This document shows positions 33,446 through 46,400 of a DNA stretch of 64,000 bases, piece by piece. The notes under the pieces were generated by a model that saw only the letters and a list, made by a program, of their open reading frames with translations, did no database searches and was not told the origin of the DNA. How positions within the stretch are numbered: the first letter of the stretch is position 1; every line of letters begins with the position of its first letter. Source of the stretch: Ascidiella aspersa (taxonomy: Eukaryota); assembly GCA_963924565.1 (NCBI GenBank), contig OZ004613.1, positions 10,850,001 through 10,914,000 of the forward strand, read 5' to 3'. A program made the translations under genes and the position numbers.

Positions 33446-36400
33446 CTAGTTTCGAAGCCACGCGAACACTTGTTGGGCGCCATACACGATCGTTGGAAAC
33501 TGCCAGTAAACACACAAGGCTAGAAGCACAACAAGCAGTGCAAAGAAAACAATCATTTCGCGCGCCATTTGGAAAAAGGCTGGGTGCTCGGCCATCCAAA
33601 CATTCCACAGGTCGCCGGCTGCGTTTTTGTGCGGAAAGGGAATTTTCGGCCTGTCGATTTGGAGGAACTTGCAGAGCGGCGCCCATCCCTCTTTCACGTT
33701 GTACACCAGAAGCTTGTCTTTCGGCGCGGTCTTGTAAGGAAGAACATAATAGTTTACTAGTATCGACATCCTAGACCGTTAATTTGGTTACACAGGAAAA
33801 GCAAATGTGTTGCTATTTAATAAAAATGTTTCTATGTAATAAAAAAAGGAATGTCGTAAACTCATTGTGCTATATCGTAAAACTTTTCAATACAGTTTTA
33901 TATTTTGACGTAATTTCTAAAGTTTAACTATACAATCTTACGAACGTGTAAGGTATCATTGAGGTAATGCCTACAACTGATTGTACGGTGAGCTTTTTTA
34001 GGTTATTTCATCACCGAAGTTCACAGAGGAGAGTGGCAGCAAGGAGAGCAGAAAACGTTGCCCTGGCCTGGCCGAAAGACTATAAGGCGGTCTCTCTCAA
34101 AGAGAGTAAGTACTAAGGTTATAAGCGGGCACAAGAATATTGCGCACTTAATAGAAAACAACATGATTATGGTTTGGCGTATATATCTACCACTCGGTAG
34201 AGCTGAAGAGTCGCTGTACCGACGTACCTTTTGACCATGCGTATGGCTTTAAACGCGAGAGGATCTACCTATTTATGCAACTTTTTTGATAAAAATTGCA
34301 AAAAATGTATAGGCCTACCTATTTTACAACAAAATTAGCCCGAAAATTGTCTCAAATTTTATCAAAGTACGTTGAAATAATTATGCTACGTTTTGTTACA
34401 AAAACCTTTGCTATAACAATTACGATATTGTTAGTCGATTTCAATCAAGCCCAATCTGAACAGGAATAGGCGAATATATATTTGTATTAAGATTCCACAA
34501 ATGCGGCTCGCCGTAATGTTTTTGTGGCTCTTCGTAAAATTCCCCAAAAATGTAAAAGGCTGCCAAGAGTACCGATTGTGAACGTTTCTCTCTTTTTATT
34601 TTCTTTATTTAGGCCAGCATTCCGTTTATGACGTTACATTAGACATAGAATCCGAAAAGTTAGTTAACAGCAAGTAAACGCAATTTCGTTGCTAACCTAA
34701 AATAGTACGCTAAGCTTTAGCTCACAATTTTGGGGTCTCTGGTACTTGTAAAGTCTAGTTGGCCAATTCAATAACATGAGAATAAACTAATGAAGAAACG
34801 TGTTTATGCTTAACAAAAGTGGAAGCTTACAAAATAAGACAAGTTTTATTTACAGTATTGCTTTCTCGGAATTTAATAATGTTTTAATAACCAAGTGACT
34901 GTGTTCAAACGACTGGCCTACATCTATTTGGTAAAAAGAATACTGCATTGATCCAAGTTTTTACACAAATTACAATGAATGTCCTGGGCAACTCTGATGA
35001 TTTTGTAAATGTTCATGAGTGGGATTCGCAAATTTTTAAATGCTTTACCGGGACTCTAAACTGACTTTAAAACTGACTTGTTTTTAAGGCCCGTTTACAC
35101 TACAGCTGCACTGAGCGGAGCTGAGCTGCAGTGGGCATGAAATTATTTTCACTACAGCTGCAGTGAGCTGCGCTGGGCGTAAAAATCGCCCCAAAACGTA
35201 ACGTGTTTCTATAGCTGCACTGGGCTTGAGTTTAGCAAAGCGTGAAAATCGCTCCTAAGCGTTTTTTTTTCAGCTGCACCGGGCTTGAGTTTAGCAAAGC
35301 GTAACTTTAAGCTTGCTGCAGCTGCTGCACCGGGCTTGAGTTTAGCAAAGCGTAACTTTAAGCTTGCTGCAGCTGCTGCACCGAGCTTGAGTTTAGCAAA
35401 GCGTGAAAGGCTCGCCACAATATAATTTGAATGCAAATTACGCTTTGCTCAGCTCAGTGCAGCTGTAGTGTACACGGGCCTTTACCTGCAGCACATACGA
35501 ATTATGTCTTCGATATATCGACTTCGCCTTCGACGCTGAAAGCTTGAAATTCGAGCGTACAACATTCGAGAATATTGCCACACCTGCAAATCAAGCACCA
35601 AAGGTTGTTCACTACGTTAAGAGAAAATGTCAGCCTTGTAACGTCTCACCCATGACTTCCATGAAGCGGCTAAAACGGCGCCCGAGATAGGAGTACCAAA
35701 TAACAAGCGGCAAGTTTTCGTTAACTTTCAATTGCTTTTGCAGGCTTCTCTCCCATTGATCCTCGTCGTCTCGAAGCATGAGAATAACCTGGAGCAAAAC
35801 AAAGATGTAAAATAGCCTACGGCAGCGTGGTCCAACTTCTTTTCATCGCGAGCCCAAAACAATATTTTTTTTATCTTGCGGGTCAATGTTTTTTAATAGC
35901 AATTCTTAGGCTTATTGCTGGCAAATTATACATGGCCTATGGCAGTGGTTCTTAACCTTTTTTTAGCCGCGCCCCCCTTTGGTAATTTTCCTATGCCTCT
36001 CGCCCCCCCTACGAAAAGCAATTCGGCATTTTCAATTAAATATCACTAAGACAACTTGAAGATAGTAAAGATAGTTGTCGGTGGCGCAAATCGCGAACAA
36101 AATTGAGTTTAATTGGTTGAATTGGCACTATACTGTGAATTCAGGCTTTTCACATTGGGCACACAATGAATTGCTCGTGCTCGACACATTGATTTAAATT
36201 TTGCGTTATCTTGTTTCAAATGTGACGACACACAATACAACGGCAATATTGCAAAAACATTATATTCGCGCAAAAAAGAAAAAAAAATTGAACTCCCTTG
36301 TTGCTAGCCTGTTGTCATATATAAAATATGGATAAAAAATAGTTTAAACGGGGGATGACGTTTATCGTTTATGTAAAAGTTAGAAAAATTGTCATTAATT

Positions 36401-38257
36401 AGGGCCGTTATACCTTTGATGATAAGAAAACATGCAATGGCACTCAAAGAGACTTTGGGCTAAAACATAGTCAATAGTAGAAAAACTATATTTTTAAGGA
36501 TTTAGAGTAGGCTACCTCCTATTAAAAAAGGTGAAAAAGCGACAAAATCGTTGATTTTGCTATATTTAAGGCGCTTCAATATATTTTAATTAAATTGCAG
36601 TGTCAAATATAGGCTACAGCTAAAATTGTCATTACAAAACGCATCAGAAAGGCTACATGTAAATTAAAATTCAAAACATAAAAACGTTAAAGGTTTTAGA
36701 AATTTAGACCATGCTTGCTACAACAGCCAATGCCTTTATCTAACTAAAATGGGTTAAAAACAAAAAATGTACAAATTGTGCGCAAATATTTACAGTATAT
36801 TATTAACATTTCAAACGTCGAAAAAAATTAAGACAGAATCTAAGTAATTTCTCGATGGCGTTTCATCAATGAAACAGGTAAAATGTGGCAATCGACGCAT
36901 GTTGTCGAAGTATCCACCTAAGTAAGGTTTAGCAAGATGGCAATCGAGATCTTATTTTTCGCATCACCAGAATAACTAAATGTGGGCATTTAGCGTTCAC
37001 TAATAACTTGAACGTGCAGTTCAGAGTCTGTTTAGGGAGACCGTGGTCAAAAACCAGGTAGACCGTGTCGGGGTGTATTTTTGCGGTTTTGGGTGGGTCT
37101 AAAACTAGTTTGGTAGGACATCGCCGAATCGCGCGCTTGCGGTTTTAGCGAGATGTGAAGTTTCGATGTGGGTTTGCGGAGGCATATGTAGTAGCAACAT
37201 AAATCCGACTGCAAGAATATGGACCAATACACGTGCGGGATGCGCTTTGATTTAAGCACTTTCCATAAACATATTCCTAAAGGCAATATTTACCATGTTA
37301 AGGCAATATTTACCATGTTATTGCCTGAAATACAATGTGCAAGTTTGAGTGTTTCGAAGCATTAGAATTTTTTTAAATCTGTCGATTCGTCAATTTCTGT
37401 GTGCAGGGCGAATGGCAATATCACCGATTGTTTACCGACAAATAGCCTACCCATGTTCGTACGGAACGTTACAACGTTTTTGGCAGATCTGCACAGCTTG
37501 CTTTTTCCATCTTTTCAAATGATAAGCCATAAGTTGACAAAATCACGAAATCTAGAAACTTAACTAAATTCAAAACTAGAATTGAAATTAAATTCAAAAT
37601 CGATTTTAAAAACATCGTATTCATTCACAGATAATGTGAGTAGAAAATAATCGTACCCCAAATTTAGCAGTTTTTAAGCTGGGGACTAAGTGTGATTGAT
37701 CGTCTGGTCCCTTGTATAATTCCTAAATGAACTCAGAATACAATTATTAATGCAACGAAATACTTTTTTTACAAAATTATAAATTTAAGCTAAAGGTCGA
37801 TTTTAATCTAAACGACAATTTCAGGAACTCATTCGTTTAATTATATTCAAGTAAAAAACGAATAAAAAACAACCTAATATTTTAAATCCAGCTCGCAATC
37901 TTCAAATCCCGGGCAATAGTCGGCGCTTTATAAAACATAGGTTTAGTGATCTCTGAACTGGACCACTGGATTGTTTGCCTTGTTCAAGTCTATAGTTCTC
38001 AGTACCTTGGCATCTGGAAAAATCCTGAGCAGTTCGTCCCAGTAGTAACAAGCCGGAACATCGCAGACCGCATCCACATCTTCATAAATCTTCTTCAGGG
38101 CGTCGGCTGACCCGGTATCTTGCATTACTGCAGTCCACTCTCGCCCGGCGTAATAAAAATGGTCAATGGCGTCGTAGACCTTCATGCCGAGCTGGGTAAG
38201 CGCTACGTTTAGGGTCTTGGTCCCCGTCTTTGAAAATCCAGCAAGGATGACCTTCAT
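33446..38257 (-). CDS. P-loop sulfotransferase-like protein (Sulfotransfer_4-type), 257 aa, C-terminal TM anchor
   Basis: Exons 38257-38006, 35788-35650, 35583-35486 and 33730-33446 join in frame. Motifs: MKVILAGFSKTGTKTL (P-loop/5'-PSB), DAVCDVPACYYWDEL, FPDAKVILMLRD..W..S, YRRHNSYV...PKDKLLVYNVKEGWAPLCKFL, PFPHKN, then hydrophobic MIVFFALLVVLLALCVYW. Confidence 0.88.
35087..35481. mobile_element. PIF/Harbinger-type MITE (395 bp) with internal tandem repeats
   Basis: ~30-bp TIRs AGGCCCGTTTACACTACAGCTGCACTGAGC / GCTCAGTGCAGCTGTAGTGTACACGGGCCT (1 mismatch). 3-bp TSD TTA at 35084-35086 and 35482-35484. Confidence 0.9.
35214..35404. repeat. Four copies of a ~30-bp core inside the Harbinger MITE (51-bp period for the last three)
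   Basis: GCTGCACYGRGCTTGAGTTTAGCAAAGCGT at 35214, 35273, 35324 and 35375. Confidence 0.9.
35823..36060. mobile_element. Left ends of two nested hAT-like elements (35823 and 35943)
   Basis: CAGCGTGGTCCAACTTCTTTT and CAGTGGTTCTTAACCTTTTT resemble the other TIR starts. Matching right ends were not found. Confidence 0.45.
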
Positions 38258-40316
38258 GTCGTTCAAAAATGCACTCGTCTTTTTATTTAATTAATGAAGG
38301 TCGAATACTGAACAACCTCTGTCTAAAAGCAAACTGGATTTGAATCGACAGAACAAAATTTACGCCTAAACGAAACTTTTAGGATGTTGAAACATGTACA
38401 AAAGTTATATTTTTAACCTTTTGTATTAAGGGGCCCCTTTTGTACCGTCAAAGTGATCGTATAGTCCCGACACCTTTTTCAGTTCTCCATGACTCCTAAC
38501 GAAACCTGATGTTGCATACTATGTAGATTGCAACAAGTAAAAAACAGAAACAATTGGATTTACGGTTTTTAACCCGTTTTAATTTTCCCACTTGAGCATA
38601 GACGTTATGTTTTAACATGTTATTTTCGCAAAACTTTCACAAAATTAATAAAAAACGGTTCCAAATGCAGCGGTGTTATGGTTTTCAATCAATCAATTGA
38701 CCTTAATGCCCATTTCTCTTGAACCAGTGTGTTTGCCGCCGAAAATCTACAATCCGCCTATTTACCTTATAAAACCTAACGTATTCTATAAAAACCACGT
38801 AGGGGCAACATTTCACATGCAATTGGACTTTCATTCTAACCATACAAGTGTGAACATAACAAAAGTCACATCTAGGCTTACGTTTTAAACCAAATGCCTG
38901 CTAAATTCCCACATTACATTTGCTGTATATTAACAATGTTTTAAAGTATGAGGACAGCTTAAATTAACAGCACAATTTAGCTCACAATAACCTTTAAACT
39001 CCATAAAACGAACCTAGCTCTTTAGAACAGATTCAATTCTAAGGCATGTTTGCCTAAAACCTCCAACATTTCCTAAACTTTATGAATTGCAAACCCACAA
39101 AGGTCAAGCAAATCGACATCGGCGTGACGTTTCTAGGTAATCATAATGTTAGTTAATCATTAACTAAAAATGATACAAAATTGGCTTTGCAATTCATTTT
39201 TAAGCTGCATTACATTTCCTAAACTTGTCCTAACAATTTCCCACATTTGTCGTCTAACGCAAACATTAAGACATTCATAAGCTAACACTTCAACACACTT
39301 TAAGTTAGTCCGTTCACTTAAGAGCAATACAATCTAGCCGGCAAATAAATTGATCATCGTTCTCCCAGCAGAGTTAGGCTCCGTTCACCAAAATAGCAAG
39401 ACCCACCAAAGCACGGCGTTGGTTATATGCTGAGTTTAGTTGTGGAGTGAGATATGTTTTAACGTATGGTATGCTATATTTTCATTTCTTAATAAATGCA
39501 AAACAAAATATCGTCTCGCATTTTGGAGAAATGTCACAAAGCAAAAACTTTGGGTGCTTACTGCTTAGCCTTACTACAATAAACTGGGCTTAACGAAGCG
39601 AAAAGCAACTCGTTTTTAAAGTAAGTGGAAGTCATGCGCTTACAATAGAGATTTGGAACGTTGTTTTTGAAGATCGAGTGTCTCGGCAGCATTGTGACGA
39701 ACAACTTGCGACAGTCTTTAAACGAAAAGAAGTTTCTTTTTTAAACGAATTTTTAATTAGAATGTCTGTTGTTTTGAATACTTCATATTTATCCAACTAG
39801 TTTTTCTTCACACGTCGGTAGCCCACACAACTAGTCTGCGGTCACCAGTCAGATTAGAGTCCCATTGTTTCGTTAACGACTGTCAAGTAATTATTTTAAA
39901 TTTGCAAGAATAACGTGTAACAAATGTTTCATTATAGATCACCCAAATGACTTAAATAAATAAAATATGTAGAACGTAAACTTTTCAATTAACCATGGCA
40001 CACCTAAAATACAGCACTCTAAAAAAACGCTGTAATTATAACCACCTCTTAAATAGGTAGCGGCACCTATAGTGTTGCATTCCCAAGATATTAAGTGCGT
40101 GGAGGCCAAATCGAAATTATTTTCAGAATGCGACCTTAAACCTATCATTTTAAAACACTATACGGTTCACCACCAAACTATAAAGTGTGCGTCCAGAACA
40201 AAGTAGCTACCGGTACGTGTAATATATTTGGAATCCGCCTGCTCTAAAGAGCCGAAATCTTCCGCTGGAAAGAAATGTGAAGTTACACAAGCTATTCATT
40301 TACACATAAAGCTATG

Positions 40317-40322
40317 TTTATT
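40317..40322 (-). terminator. Candidate polyadenylation signal of the LDLR-family gene
   Basis: AATAAA on the minus strand ~130 nt after the stop codon. Confidence 0.4.
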
Positions 40323-40450
40323 AGTGGAAAAAAAGACACTACACTACACTACAGGATCGCTAAACTATTAATTGATGGTATGATGATAAATGGAAAATGC
40401 ATGCTCCCCAAGGAAAGGAAACAAAACGAGGCGTTCCGCGGCGGAGGTCT

Positions 40451-43400
40451 TCAGGAACGAGGCAACATTTGCTCCCGACTCTCCGACTTCCTCATGTGGA
40501 AGACCGAATGGATGGCGGAACGGATGCCGGACCTCCCTGGTGGCTGACCTTGAACTTCGCATGAAAGAAAGAGGTGATAAAATTGTTTAGCTTAGGTGGG
40601 GCGGGTTGACAAATAGAGTGTGTCACCTTCAAAAATGATTGCTAATTTTTTATTTACAGTAAATTTTTGTCTATAGACATTTTAGGAGAAATGCAGTTCC
40701 TAGAAAAAATCGTTACTACGTCAAATCTCAAGCACAATATTAGGCTTAAAAAAAAAAACACGAGACACATGGCTTAATGTTATAATGTTAAGAAGATCCA
40801 AGTAAGTATATAAAGGTTGTTTGAGTCTACCGCCATCACGAATAAACGGGGAAAAGATAACACGAATATTGCAATAAGTTAACTATATTAGGCTCGAGTG
40901 AACAGCAGCAGCCGCAATCTACATGTTTAGCAGAAGAAACGAAGTTGACACAATTTCAGCAGCAAATCAGCTCTTAAAGTGATAAATGATTACCAGGAGG
41001 TGATCTTTAGTAAGAGTAACTTACCGTAAATGATGTCCATGTTCTGCATCTCCTCAACGCTGTCGGTTTCCATGGGCAAGACCATGTGTCCGAACCTCTG
41101 CTGATCACGTGGAGACTCGCTGGAGGAGATGGAACTGCTGGAGCGATCAACTCCACTATCCTGTGCGTTGTAAACAGCGTGTTTGGGCGAATCAATGTCA
41201 ACGACATCACAAATTCTACCAATCGCAAGCTCAAACTAAACCAAATACTGTAACACGCCGATAGAGGCCTACAGCTCATACCAGAATCGGTTTTGAATGA
41301 TAGCGGCACTATTCTCAAAATACTTACAACCATTTCGTCTGGAAGAGAAAGACGAACTTTTGTTGTACGTGGCGATGAATAGTTAGGGTTCGTGATGCAA
41401 TTGTTGTTGTCTGCAAATATATTGTACTTAGGACACTGGAAAAATCACTACGTTTAGATACTCTTTAAATATGTTTATGGAAATACCCATATTCGGTCAA
41501 TAACCGGTACGAAGGATCTCCGATAGTTCACATTTTAATCCCTAAAAAAGATATACTAGGGGCAAAAACGATAAGAAATTACGTCCTTGATATTAGACAA
41601 AAAATAGTTTGTTGATTTGCTGCCCACTGTAAAATGCCAACTTAATATCGGATCGATAGTGCTAACCGATACTAAACACCTATTATACATATTGCGATGA
41701 GGGTACAGTCAATGGTTGCTGTTCTTTTACTTTACTTATAATTGGTCACATATCATAGAATTAAATAACATACGATAGCTAGCCGTCAATGGCTTGGGAA
41801 ACATTGACCGTGCAAAAAATATGTGAAAAAAAAAGATAAAACGACAAAAAATGCTTCCAACCTATTTCTGGTACTTCCTCTATGCCATCTTTCTTGTTCG
41901 CCCTATTTCGCTGCACCCGCCACTTGCGGCGCGGCTGAGCAGAGTAGTGGACGTCGATCGATTGCCGGCTTCTCCTGGGTGTGCACAAAGCAGTATTTTG
42001 ACTGTCAAACATTTACCACTGCTGTGAAGAACCATATAAGGCATTATAAACCGTGGTAAACACTGTATCACAACTTGCGTGCAGTTGCTCTTTTAAAAAG
42101 TGGACCCGGAGCTGTTTTTTTCACAGGTTAAATTTGGAAACACACGATAAGACATACAAAGCAACAATACCTAAAGCAGAACAATCTATAAAACATAGTT
42201 TTAGGACCCAACGAAATCAAAAAAGCCAAATGCAGTAATATTCACAACAGAATAAAAACCTAATCATCTGAAAAAGTCAAACCCACAGGATGAATTCCTA
42301 AATTCTTTGGAATAAGGCCTTAATGGCCGAACTATCGCCTGAAACTATATGGAGAGGGTATGGGACGGTCCGGGACCATCGGTCGTTTGTGTCGACATTT
42401 GGGAGCTCTAGTTTGAACGGCGCTGTTAATTAGTCCTATTTTGGTCTTATTCCGAACTGTGTTTATTCCGACGTTGATTTTATTCTTAGATCAGTTCGAT
42501 CTTTAGCTGGAGTCCTTACATTTTTACCGAAAGCTACTGCGGATAAAGTTACGCCACAAATTTCATCGCCCGTCTACTACTACTACTACTACTTGTAGGT
42601 TGGCCAAATCAATTCAGGCTTAGGGTTAAATGCTTAGAAAAATGTTTTTTTTATCAATAATGCCCCGAACTTGTATTGCCGATGAACTTTTGACTGTAAT
42701 TCCAAACGCTAATTTACTGCATACCGTTTGGCTATTTAAATCTAGGCCGGTCCTCTAATGGTTCAAGAAAATGTTTAAAAGTGTGTCGACTGAGAATTTA
42801 CTGATTTTAAAACTTACTTGTAACACTGAAACACAATGAAGCCGGCGATGCAGCCGATTATGATAAGCGCCACCACAACGCCGACAATCTTGGGCACGTA
42901 CATAGAGATCAGGCCGTTCATGAGGTCTTCGGGTGAGCTCTCACTTACGCCGGAAACCGACAGGTTCGCCGGAATTTTGTTCGGCGTTGATGCTGTGGTT
43001 ATTTTGCTGGAGGGCCAAGCCGTACTTTGTGACGTCACAGTCGTGATGTTGGCGGTAACGGTTGGTGTGGCTATGACGTCATCTGAGCTGGCGTGTTGGC
43101 AGGAGGTTGCTAGATCGCCGTTGCCGCATTGGCAAATTCCAACTAATGGAGGTTAGGTATATTCAGTATAAAATCGCCTTAAAATATTGTATAGACAGGA
43201 CTTATCAGTTTAAATGGGTTTTTCATTAATGTTGCTAGGTGCACATCGAAAAATCAAAAGCACTATTCAGTTGTTTGTACTAATAGGATGCAAGTAATGG
43301 TGCTATCGGTTTGTTTCTATGTGTACCATTCTTCTAAGCCTGTGTAGTTCAGGTGGAAGAGTGATGGTCCCGAAGGTCGTGAGTTTGAACCTGAGCGAAG

Positions 43401-46400
43401 GCTAGTGGTGTGCATGAATACCTTTAATTAATTCGGTTAGTCGATTGGAGAGTTGGACACTTTACTACGATGTACTATAATATGTACGCCGTTATCGTTG
43501 ATCAAATAACAACTTCAAGAAGGGCTAGATCGCAGAACATATCGTGCAACAAAGACAGTTCAGTAACAAAATTAAAGGGAAGACTTTCTCGCTACGCGTA
43601 AATTCGTCACGACTCTTCAAGTTTAAGTAGTGCTCAATAAACTTGTAGGAAGTGGAACACTTCGCGCTTACCGTTTTCTTCGATGGTAATGCACTTGCCG
43701 CCCGACCGTTCGCAGTCGAGTTCCTGGCACGTGAACGCTGCGCAATCGATCACCTTCCTGCTCCAAAAACCGGTCGAAAGACACATCACCGAAAAAGTGG
43801 TGGCCGAAGGATTTCCTGGGAAAGAAAAGTTATTAGAGGTTTTGTGATCCTTAAATTACCTTGATATGTGGCTCGTGTGATTTTGGTGAACGTAAGATTG
43901 CATTCTAATCCACGGCAGTTGTAGAGTGCGGCAATATACACAATTCGAACTGTATAATTATCTAGTTAGTGAAACATACATATACACAATGTGTGTTCTG
44001 TATGAAGCTCTTCATAGCGGCACCCACATGCGGTCCAGGTCAGTCCGGGGACGTCTTGAGTTCAAACCTCACCGCAGGCTAGTTGTTTTTCTAGCCTTGC
44101 TTGCACTACATTCCCAATCAGGCAGACTTATTTTGGTTAGCCTCTCCGTTAGGCATCTTTCTGTTATTTCTGTTATTTCTGTTACCGTTATTTCCGTTAT
44201 TTTACAAAATAAACTGCAATTGTGTGCTACAGCGCTGTTTTGTTGGCGCAATGTCTATATATTAAAATTACAAAAGTAGTGACAATTATTTGAACAAAGT
44301 CATATTTTGTAAAATACTAATTCGTGCGAGAGATTGTTTACCAACCAACAACGTGTGTGCCCGACATGCACTGGAACTGCATTGTAGCGCCAAATTCGAA
44401 CTGGTTGTTCATCAGGAGCGCGTAGGTGGCTCCGTCCGGCAGAATGCGAGCGCCGAGGTCTGGGTATTGACAAGATGGTACCGTTGCTGCTGATATCTTG
44501 GTAGTTGCTGTTGTACCAGGGGAAGCGATTGTTGTGGATTTTAATGTTGTTGGGGCTGCGGTTGGCAAGTTGAAAACGGTATTCTTTTGCGTTGTCTCGA
44601 TGGTTGAGCTGGGAACTACGGTAGGAATAGTTGCAGGCTGTTGGGTGGTCGGTTGCGTCGAGGCTTCGACGACAGGCTTGCCTAATAAAGATAATATTTT
44701 ATTTCGAGTGTTTGTAAGCGTAGTTTACTACGATATATGGTTGGTTCTCGAGCAGCCGCTTTAACTTTTGTTTCATATGTTAGTTTTAAGCAACCTTAAC
44801 AATGTAGGAAAGATATTTTTTCGTTAATGATTTGTAAGCGTAGTTTTACGGTTGGTTCTCGAGAAAGCTGTTATTAGTTTAAAGAAACCTTGACAATGTA
44901 CGAGATGGTGGGATATGTTAAATAACAGTCATTTAACGGGTCTTTTAACACAATCCCAAAAGGACTGTAAACGTGCGTTACTGTTAAGGTAGCAGTGGGA
45001 GTTTTACAGGGAGCAAGGAGATTCTTAGCAACTGAATGCGACAAAGCGTCAAACATTGTACGCACCTATGCACTTCTTTCCATCAGTATCCAGGTCAAGG
45101 TTGGCGGGACAGAGGCACGTGTGTCCACTGACGCGTAACACACACGCATGACTGCATCCAGAGTTCGCGCAGGGCATAGAATCTGTAAGTTAAAGATACG
45201 AATAAATAAGTTGACTTTCCGTAAAGTTTTGTTAATTGGATACATTCGCAATACTTGGAAGCGAAAATTTTGGTAAAAGAATAAAACGTATAAAGCATCG
45301 CACACCACTAAACATAAATGTAATTTGATAAAATCATAGATCTAGTATTTTATTTATTTTACATAATTGTATAAAAATGAAACTTTTTCGAATTTCTTCT
45401 GGTTTATATTCAGCCTTCGCAACATAATAAAAAAACAAAAAGAATGTTTTCCTCAATCTGCAATAGCCAAAATTTAAAAAAAAGTCTGCAATTTTCTGAC
45501 ATGCGGAAATAATAACCACATCGCGAATTAAAAAAAAAATCATGGTGGGAATTTGAACTACAAATAAGCGTAAAACAAATTTGTTCGTACACACAAATAC
45601 ACCGCAAAAAAGTAGTTCAACCTACCTTGACCTTGAACCGGCTGCAGGGACTGGTGGGTGACCTTGAGGGCGAGAAGGCGCGACGCCAGCTGAGAGTCCT
45701 TGTCCAACGGCTCGTGACGTTGGGGAAATCCCCAGGGCTTGCCGAGCATCGAGTCGACTTCCCAGATCTCTCCGGTTTGATTGTCGCCAAACACAAGCCG
45801 ATCCTCGTAGACCGAGAGCGCAAACGGGGATCGCATCGCAACCACGTTTAAGGACCGGGTAAGTAGGGTCTGCATATTTCTCTTATTTGCCAGCGTCGTT
45901 AAAGGTTGCGGTTCTATGGGTCCGCATTTTAGTTTTTTTTGGCGAATTGCCTAATACAAATCCAGCGCCACAACGTTTGAGTACCGGGTAAGTATAGAGT
46001 CGGCGTATTTGCTCCTCTTATTTTACTTTGTGAAGGTCAGCGATATATTTGCAAACAGCTTTATACGAATCAGGTAAGGAGCCCAGTCGTGTATATTTGA
46101 TCACTATCTTAAAGATTTGTGGAAACGGAGCTAACGAAATCAAAACTGGGATTAAAAAAACTATGGAGGCTGCCATTATGTGGTGTTATTTATCAATGTA
46201 TTACTTTCCTAAAAATCATTTTTGTCGTCCTTTGTAATGACAAGATAATTTTTATTTTTTATTTTTGTAAGTTTTAGTTTAGTTTTTTTTTTCTTAGTAC
46301 CTTAATCCAATTACGGCAAGCCATTTGTTTACTTAAAGCCTTTTTACACTATCGGTAGAGCGAAACGTTTAACATTATTTTTTAATCCTATCTTCATTTT

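Noticed and set aside
35209-35436. CRISPR-like spacing of 30-bp repeats and a repetitive ORF (KLRFAKLKPGAAAAASL)
   Set aside because: Two spacers are identical, there are no cas genes, and the array lies inside a TIR/TSD-bounded MITE in a eukaryotic intron.
38258-40450. Operon (polycistronic) link between the receptor and sulfotransferase genes
   Set aside because: They are on the same strand but ~2.2 kb apart, and an AATAAA lies 130 nt after the upstream stop. It is not supportable without SL/cDNA data.
42575-42592. Simple repeats such as (TAC)n and short doublets at 4796, 8727, 37279 and 56300
   Set aside because: Ordinary slippage products.
43338-43402. Functional tRNA gene
   Set aside because: Too short, no anticodon arm and a degenerate B-box; treated as a SINE or pseudogene fragment.
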